Part shown: piece by piece, positions 34,716 to 40,474 of the stretch
How the letters are laid out: each line of letters begins with the position of its first letter
Position numbering within the stretch: the first letter of the stretch is position 1
NCBI GenBank assembly: GCA_902599335.1
Contig: CACKFA010000005.1
Coordinates: 39,420 to 103,419, forward strand
Direction: 5' to 3'
Source of the DNA: an uncultured Pelagibacteraceae bacterium
GTDB taxonomy: Bacteria; Pseudomonadota; Alphaproteobacteria; Pelagibacterales; Pelagibacteraceae
Length of the DNA stretch: 64,000 nt
Position numbers and translations under genes: made by a program
The notes under the pieces: generated by a model
Told to the model about the DNA's origin: nothing
Database searches by the model: none
The model's input: only the letters and a program-made list of their open reading frames with translations

Positions 34716-36137
34716 ATGATAATACTGAATAAACTAAATTTAATAACAATAATATTTTTTGCTTTTTTAATAAAACTATTATTTGCTTACAATTATCCTG
34801 TAATTACTGGAGATTGGGCATCATATAACACAATAGCTAATAATATTATTAATGGCTGTGGAGTGTCATTAAGTCTTGATGGAGATCCATGTATAAAACA
34901 TTTTGGAGGTAATCAAGGACCTGGTTACCCTTTTTTTATATCTATAATTTATTCTCTTTTAGGAAAAAACACTTTTAATATTATTATAGTTCAAAATATA
35001 ATTTTAGCAATTTCTCAATTATATTTACTCAGTCAATTAAGAAAAAAAAAATTTAATGATAAATTTTTTATATTTTCAGCTTTAATAATCTGCTTCTCTC
35101 CATTGATTTTTGCTTGGTCCAGATTTTTATTAACTGAACCAATAATAATATCAGTTACTTACTTTTTAATGGGGTATTTAATAAATGGAAAAAGAAATAT
35201 TTTATTTATTGGTTTAATTTTGAGTATTGGTACTTACATCAGATTAGATTTTATTTTAATTAGTATTTTATTATTTTACTTAATATTAATTGAAAATAAA
35301 AACAAAAGTTTAATATTAAAAAAATTTATCCAAATTATTTTAATTGTTAGTGTTGCATGGTCCCCATGGTTGGCAAGAAATTATTATGCAGGAATAGATG
35401 TTTTTCCATCCGGATATCCTCAAAAAGATAATTTTTATTATCCAAGGGGATATATTAAATGGACATCAACATGGATCACAAATAGCTATCAGAGAGCTGG
35501 AGCATTAAATCATATAATGACTAATAAATATTCTAACATTAATTTAGGGAACAAATATTATTTTAAAAATAAAGAAGAAAAAAAAGTAATTGATGAACTT
35601 TTACAAAAATTAAAAGATTTCGATAATAAAAGCTTCCCGTTACAAATAGATGAAAAATTTAATAATATTGCTAAAGAATTTATTAAAAATAATAAAATTA
35701 ACTACTATATCCTCATACCCTCAAAGAGATTAGTAAATATAATATTTAATTTTACTAACAGTAATGGTTGGCCGATCGAATTTGGAAGCTCCTTTTCTCA
35801 AGAAGAAAGGGTTAAAATTAGTGAATTAAATATTTTTGAAAAAGCTTTATTTGCAATAAAAAATCTTAATAAAAAGATTTTTTATAAAATAACAATTAAT
35901 TCTTATAAGATATTTGTTTTGATAATATTTTTAGGACTTCTAATTTATAAACATAAAATTTCTATTAATAATTTATATGCAAGTATTTTTCTCTATTTTA
36001 TAACTAAATTAATCTTCATGATTATTTTTAATTATACAGAAATAAGATACTTAATAACCTGTTTTGCTCTTATAGATATCGCTATCATTTTAAAATTAGG
36101 AGATTTTTTTAAAAATAAAAATAAAATAAATTATTAA
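34716..36137 (+). CDS. Polytopic membrane glycosyltransferase (GT-C, ArnT/PMT-like)
   Basis: TM1 followed by a DWASY acidic loop, PGYPFF, LLTEP, many TM segments. Extremely A+T-rich. Confidence 0.65.
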   Translation: MIILNKLNLITIIFFAFLIKLLFAYNYPVITGDWASYNTIANNIINGCGVSLSLDGDPCIKHFGGNQGPGYPFFISIIYSLLGKNTFNIIIVQNIILAISQLYLLSQLRKKKFNDKFFIFSALIICFSPLIFAWSRFLLTEPIIISVTYFLMGYLINGKRNILFIGLILSIGTYIRLDFILISILLFYLILIENKNKSLILKKFIQIILIVSVAWSPWLARNYYAGIDVFPSGYPQKDNFYYPRGYIKWTSTWITNSYQRAGALNHIMTNKYSNINLGNKYYFKNKEEKKVIDELLQKLKDFDNKSFPLQIDEKFNNIAKEFIKNNKINYYILIPSKRLVNIIFNFTNSNGWPIEFGSSFSQEERVKISELNIFEKALFAIKNLNKKIFYKITINSYKIFVLIIFLGLLIYKHKISINNLYASIFLYFITKLIFMIIFNYTEIRYLITCFALIDIAIILKLGDFFKNKNKINY

Positions 36138-36144
36138 AATAAAA

Positions 36145-37170
36145 TCATTTAAATAAAAAAGAAAAAAACTTAAATATATAAAATATCTTCATACTCGGTT
36201 TTTTATCTGATCCAGTTTCAATCGTATTTATTTTATTTAAATTCTTATAATAATAGTTATATGAATCTAGTAAGATTTCTTTTGTTGAATTTTTAAATTT
36301 TAATTTAAGTTTTTTATTCACTTTGTCAGTGTTTAAAACAATATTTTTAGTTAGAAGTACCTTGTGGTAAAAATTAATATCCACTAAATTAAAAAAAATT
36401 AGAACATTCAATAAATATGAACCAATATAATTATTAATACTTATAATTTTTGAATTTGATTTAGATTTTTTTAATATATATTCAATATTTTCTCTAAAAG
36501 TATTTATATATTTTGCCCCAACGTTAAACAAATTTCTTTTTTTTAATTTTAAACATTTTTCAATAATGATCACTAATTCTTCTACAGATATAAAATGAAT
36601 TTTATGTTTTCCATTATCAATAAGTAATAGAGGCAGGTTGTTTCTAATTAACTCGAACAATATACCCATTCTATGACTTCTTGATTTGCCTACTACAACT
36701 GGAACTCTTAAAATTGTGAAATTGCTAATTTTTGATTTTTTTAATCTTTTTTCAATTGCAAATTTAGATTTTCCATAAAAATTTTTTGCACTCGGTATTT
36801 CATTTTCTTTAATGGATTTTGTATAATTTTTTTCATAAATAGAAAATGTTGAAGTAAAAATAAAATTTTTAATCTTATATTTTTCTGCCATAGATATAAG
36901 ATTTTGAGATGTTTTTAAATTAAAGTTATAAACATTATTATCATCATCAAATATTTCAGATGCTAAATGAATAATAGTATTGATTTCATTTTTTTTAAAA
37001 AAGTTTTCTAACTTGTCTATATCCAATAAATTGATTTTAAAAAATTTTGATTTATTTACGGAAGCATAATTTTTATCAATTAAAAATAAGTTGTGTTTTT
37101 TTTGTAATAATGCAACTAATTTTTTACCAATAAAACCAGACGAACCAGTTATTAAAATTTTTTGTTTCAT
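36145..37170 (-). CDS. NAD-dependent epimerase/dehydratase (extended SDR)
   Basis: TGSSGFIG, IHLAS, FTSTFSIY, YGKSK (YxxxK). Confidence 0.9.
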   Translation of the reverse strand: MKQKILITGSSGFIGKKLVALLQKKHNLFLIDKNYASVNKSKFFKINLLDIDKLENFFKKNEINTIIHLASEIFDDDNNVYNFNLKTSQNLISMAEKYKIKNFIFTSTFSIYEKNYTKSIKENEIPSAKNFYGKSKFAIEKRLKKSKISNFTILRVPVVVGKSRSHRMGILFELIRNNLPLLLIDNGKHKIHFISVEELVIIIEKCLKLKKRNLFNVGAKYINTFRENIEYILKKSKSNSKIISINNYIGSYLLNVLIFFNLVDINFYHKVLLTKNIVLNTDKVNKKLKLKFKNSTKEILLDSYNYYYKNLNKINTIETGSDKKPSMKIFYIFKFFSFLFK

Positions 37171-37265
37171 AGTTAAATTAGTATTAATAACAAAAAATTT
37201 GCAATAATTAATTTAAGTAATAAATATTTTTTTTGATAAAAAAATAATGTAAGATAAACACGTTG

Positions 37266-37278
37266 GTTTTCCAACTAT
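37266..37278 (+). repeat. 13-bp direct repeat, right copy, overlapping the probable ssrA -10 region (TATAAC 37276-37281)
   Basis: Identical to 34553-34565. Confidence 0.7.
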
Positions 37279-37287
37279 AACGATAAA

Positions 37288-37522
37288 TGAATTTCGTAAT
37301 AACCATTGCGGACGTGGGGGCAGTACCCACCACCTCCACCATTAAAAAATTATGGGGGTGAAATAGATTCGACGGGTGTCTAAAGGCTATTCTTTCGTTC
37401 GGGATTGTTCCACCGCAACGGGCTATTTTATAATTGCTAACGAAAGTTATGCACTTGCTGCCTAATTAACTAAGTTAATTAAGCAAACGGGGTTTGGGGC
37501 ACCTGGCAACAGAACGCCCCTT
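37288..37522 (+). ncRNA. ssrA: Permuted (two-piece) tmRNA; 5' boundary approximate
   Basis: Acceptor piece ends GTGGG-GGCAGTA-CCCAC-CACCTCC-ACCA (CCA at 37341). A 12-nt spacer precedes the coding piece, which starts GGGGGTG at 37354 (G3:U70 pair). Tag reading frame 37436-37465 encodes ANESYALAA*. Confidence 0.95.
37484..37522 (+). repeat. attL-like copy of the island direct repeat (ssrA 3' end)
   Basis: 37496-37522 is identical to 39752-39778 (27 bp); the match extends to 39 bp with 4 mismatches. Confidence 0.9.
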
Positions 37523-37578
37523 CTCATTATTAAAAAAGTTTTAATTTTCAACGTAGATTTAAATATACAACTTAGTTA

Positions 37579-37600
37579 GACGACTATAGGACGACTAGAG
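37579..37600 (+). repeat. Left arm-type repeats GACGACTA x2 (11-bp period)
   Basis: GACGACTATAGGACGACTAGAG. Confidence 0.7.
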
Positions 37601-37615
37601 ATTTAATTTTTAATT

Positions 37616-37816
37616 TTAAATTATATCGCAAGATTTTAGAATAATTGATCCAAATATTATAATTGGAACAATACCCCAAATTGCATCCATGTCTTTTTCT
37701 TTCTTTTTTTGTTTTGCAAGTTCAGAAACTGTAGGGTCAGGTTTTCCACAATGAGGACAAGCTTTGGCTGATCTTGAAACTTCTTTTCCACACTCTAAAC
37801 ATTTTGCTAAAGCCAT
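37616..37816 (-). CDS. Zinc-ribbon protein with C-terminal TM helix
   Basis: CLEC-x10-CPHC, basic linker, AIWGIVPIIIFGSIIL. Confidence 0.8.
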   Translation of the reverse strand: MALAKCLECGKEVSRSAKACPHCGKPDPTVSELAKQKKKEKDMDAIWGIVPIIIFGSIILKSCDII

Positions 37817-37820
37817 AAAA

Positions 37821-37934
37821 TTATTTCCTCATTAGAGATAATAGTAATATTAAAATTGGAATACAAATTATAAATGTTGCTGCATCAGGTGAAACACCGA
37901 GAATATCCGCCACTAAATCTCTTATTGCACTCAT
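37821..37934 (-). CDS. 37-aa single-TM microprotein (not in ORF track)
   Basis: MSAIRDLVADILGVSPDAATFIICIPILILLLSLMRK*. AAGGA lies upstream and the ORF exactly fills the gap (2 nt and 4 nt) between its neighbours. Confidence 0.7.
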   Translation of the reverse strand: MSAIRDLVADILGVSPDAATFIICIPILILLLSLMRK

Positions 37935-37936
37935 AT

Positions 37937-38479
37937 TTAATTTCCTTCCATACAATTTTTATATATTCTTTTTCCAATAGCAACTGTATCAGCGTTATCT
38001 TTACGTCTTAAACACTGTTTTCTTTTTTCAAAATAATTTAAAGGGTTTAAATCACTCAGCGCATCTCCAACAGAGTCCACAGCAGAACCAACGTTGTCTG
38101 ATAAGGAATTTTCATATGGCTTTTGATATTTACATTCATATCCCGCTGTCTTTCCGTAAGTATAAGCTGATGAATTACCAAATTTCCAAGTATATTCTTT
38201 ATATGGATTTACAAATGTACGTCCCAATCCAACACTAAAAACACTTTTAGATGATTTTTTTATTTTAATATCTGAAATTTTATCTCCATCAGAATCATTA
38301 ACGTATACTCTAGTAATTCTAACAAACTTAGAGCCATTATTTTTAAATTTAAAATTTAGAAGATTTGTTTTGTTATAATCTTTAGACCAGCTAAAATCGA
38401 TATCATTCTTACAACCTGCTTCAGCAATGTTATTAAATAGTAGAGTTATAAATAAAGTTACAAAAATATTTCTAATCAT
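37937..38479 (-). CDS. Secreted Cys-containing protein, family A (long form)
   Basis: Signal peptide ending AEA. The C-terminal 35-aa module is shared with 38771-39055. Confidence 0.85.
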   Translation of the reverse strand: MIRNIFVTLFITLLFNNIAEAGCKNDIDFSWSKDYNKTNLLNFKFKNNGSKFVRITRVYVNDSDGDKISDIKIKKSSKSVFSVGLGRTFVNPYKEYTWKFGNSSAYTYGKTAGYECKYQKPYENSLSDNVGSAVDSVGDALSDLNPLNYFEKRKQCLRRKDNADTVAIGKRIYKNCMEGN

Positions 38480-38482
38480 TTA

Positions 38483-38764
38483 TTAAGAAACCTTATCAAA
38501 ACATTTTTTGGCTAAAGGTCTTATTTCGTTTATCATATAATCATAGCCTTTATCAACCAAAGCATCTAATTGTTTATCAGTATATTTTCCATCAAACTCC
38601 TTCGCAACACAATTGCAATAGGCTTTAGCAAAACTTTTGGACTCACCATCATTTACTGAAGCAGTATAACAAGTTTGACGTTCATATAGCCTTCTCTTCT
38701 CACTTAACGCAAAAGCATTTCCAGCAAAAACTATTAGTATTAAAATTAATATTATTTTTCTCAT
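38483..38764 (-). CDS. Secreted 4-Cys protein, family B
   Basis: Signal peptide ending AFA; C-x17-CxC-x35-C; paralogue of 39055-39342. Confidence 0.85.
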   Translation of the reverse strand: MRKIILILILIVFAGNAFALSEKRRLYERQTCYTASVNDGESKSFAKAYCNCVAKEFDGKYTDKQLDALVDKGYDYMINEIRPLAKKCFDKVS

Positions 38765-38770
38765 TAAATA

Positions 38771-39055
38771 TTATCTGTATTGTTCCATGCATTGTTTATA
38801 AATTTGCTTACCTTGATATACCGTATCAGCTTGATCTCTATATCTTGAACATCTTTTACGTTTTTTAAAATAATCTGTTGGACTAAGATTGTAATCACTT
38901 GTTTTACACTTAATTTTAGTAAAAATTGATTTGTTACACCTTTCAGCCTCTTCCATTCGTAATTCTCGTAGAGTTTTTGCTTCACTACTTGAATAGAATG
39001 AGAAAATAAATGTAAATAATAATACAGATAATGAAACTTCCAATAATCTTTTCAT
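38771..39055 (-). CDS. Secreted 4-Cys protein, family A (short form)
   Basis: Signal peptide ending SEA; shared C-terminal module; TAATG coupling to the upstream gene. Confidence 0.85.
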   Translation of the reverse strand: MKRLLEVSLSVLLFTFIFSFYSSSEAKTLRELRMEEAERCNKSIFTKIKCKTSDYNLSPTDYFKKRKRCSRYRDQADTVYQGKQIYKQCMEQYR

Positions 39056-39342
39056 TAATCTCCTGGTGCTCTAGCATTTACATTACAATAATCTACAGCA
39101 AAGCTGAACATCTCATTTTGCTTCTGTTGACTCATCAAAGCAGCTCTTTCAAGTTGTGTAATAGTATATTTATCAGTAACCATTATCGTAACACATCTGC
39201 AGTATTGTTTGGCTCTTTTGCTACCAAGATGTTGTGAGGTTTCTAAGCATCCTTGGTAAATTTCATTTTGATATTCATTTAATGCAAAACCTATGTTGGG
39301 CCATATTAATATTAGGAATATTACAGATAATATTTTTTTCAT
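39055..39342 (-). CDS. Secreted 4-Cys protein, family B
   Basis: Signal peptide ending GFA; C-x15-CxC-x35-C; ATGA coupling to the upstream gene. Confidence 0.85.
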   Translation of the reverse strand: MKKILSVIFLILIWPNIGFALNEYQNEIYQGCLETSQHLGSKRAKQYCRCVTIMVTDKYTITQLERAALMSQQKQNEMFSFAVDYCNVNARAPGD

Positions 39343-39629
39343 TTAAATTGCTTAAGACCAAGTTCTGTATACGTTTCTCTGTATTCAGCACTACAATCTC
39401 CCCAAATTTGATCGTCTGTTCTGTCATTCCATGCTATTATCATACCATCAAAACAAGTTCCCATCACACTAACATTTGTTTTTCTCACATAACCAAGAAA
39501 AATATCATCTGTGCAATCTCCTAAAACTGAATTGCCCGAATCCATTTCCCAACCAATACATGGAACACCGCTCCAAGATGTATTAACTGAGAATAAACTT
39601 AAAAATAATATTGATAATATCTTTCTCAT
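39339..39629 (-). CDS. Secreted protein with three 20-aa GxC repeats
   Basis: Signal peptide followed by PCIGWEMDSGNSVLGDCTDD / IFLGYVRKTNVSVMGTCFDG / MIIAWNDRTDDQIWGDCSAE. Confidence 0.8.
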   Translation of the reverse strand: MRKILSILFLSLFSVNTSWSGVPCIGWEMDSGNSVLGDCTDDIFLGYVRKTNVSVMGTCFDGMIIAWNDRTDDQIWGDCSAEYRETYTELGLKQFK

Positions 39630-39659
39630 AATTCAAGATTATCAAATCCTTTAACACGT

Positions 39660-39700
39660 GACGACTCGATTTTTGGACGTCATTTGGACGACCAGAGACG
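39660..39700 (+). repeat. Right arm-type repeats GACG(A/T)C
   Basis: GACGAC 39660, GACGTC 39676, GACGAC 39687, GACG 39697. GGACGACCAGAG (39686-39697) vs GGACGACTAGAG (37589-37600). Confidence 0.7.
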
Positions 39701-39739
39701 TAAAATTTATATATTTATTGAAAAATAACTGGCTATAAT

Positions 39740-39778
39740 CAAACAAAGTTCGGGGCACCTGGCAACAGAACGCCCCTT
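39740..39778 (+). repeat. attR-like copy of the island direct repeat
   Basis: CAAACAAAGTTCGGGGCACCTGGCAACAGAACGCCCCTT, followed by further T residues. Confidence 0.9.
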
Positions 39779-39794
39779 TTACAAATTAAAAATT

Positions 39795-40472
39795 ATGAAA
39801 TTAATTAAAGAAATATTAAATATTATAATTACTTTTATTGAAAACAAAAAACTTTATGTAAATGATATTTGCTTTGAAAAAACAAGAAGCTATAGGATAA
39901 ATCAAATTTACAACTTTTTTTATATAAACAAAAACAAAATAAAACATTATAAAAAAGTTTCTAAGTATAACGAAAAATATAACAAAAAATTTAGTGATAG
40001 TATAAAACATGCAAAAAATGCTGAAGTATCACCATTGTTAAGATTAAACAAATTATTAAAATCTTTAGAAATTAAATATGAAAATTTTAATTTTTTAGAC
40101 ATTGGATCTGGACAAGGAATAGCATTACATTTTGTGATGAGAAACTATCATTTTAAGAATTATTATGGAGTAGAATTTAATGAATATTTGTGTGATATTT
40201 CAAAAAAAAATTTAGCCCCTTTAAATAAAAAATTTAAAATTATTCATAACGATGCGAAAAAATTTTTTCTCGATAATTATCGATATATTGTTTATCTCTA
40301 CAATCCATTTGATGAAATTATTTTAAATAAATTTTTAGAAAATAATTTAAATTTATTAAAAAAAAATGAATGTATAGTTATTTATCAAAATAATTTTCAT
40401 ACTAAAGATATTAAAAAACTTTGTAAAAGAGAAGTTTTCATTGAAGAAGGTTTGTCCGTATACTATTTTTAA
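39795..40472 (+). CDS. Class I SAM-dependent methyltransferase
   Basis: FLDIGSGQG, GVEFN, HNDA, YLYNPF. Very A+T-rich. Confidence 0.8.
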   Translation: MKLIKEILNIIITFIENKKLYVNDICFEKTRSYRINQIYNFFYINKNKIKHYKKVSKYNEKYNKKFSDSIKHAKNAEVSPLLRLNKLLKSLEIKYENFNFLDIGSGQGIALHFVMRNYHFKNYYGVEFNEYLCDISKKNLAPLNKKFKIIHNDAKKFFLDNYRYIVYLYNPFDEIILNKFLENNLNLLKKNECIVIYQNNFHTKDIKKLCKREVFIEEGLSVYYF

Positions 40473-40474
40473 AT

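Larger units (their letters stand above)
37496..39778. mobile_element. Integrase-less genomic islet integrated at the 3' end of ssrA
   Basis: Direct-repeat boundaries, internal GACGAC repeats at both ends, seven co-oriented hypothetical genes, no recombinase ORF. Confidence 0.85.

Noticed and set aside
38764-39524. Track ORFs 38764-38985 (-), 39031-39237 (+) and 39234-39524 (+) inside the island
   Set aside because: They overlap the signal-peptide ORFs, which are supported by paralogy and translational coupling.
39640-39652. TATCAAATCCTTT as an IHF site
   Set aside because: One mismatch to WATCAANNNNTTR in very AT-rich DNA, and it lies outside the core-arm interval; not distinguishable from background.
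37579-39700. GACGAC repeats as a CRISPR array or plasmid iterons
   Set aside because: Units are 6-12 bp with no spacers, and there is no cas or rep gene; their position at both island ends fits arm sites better.
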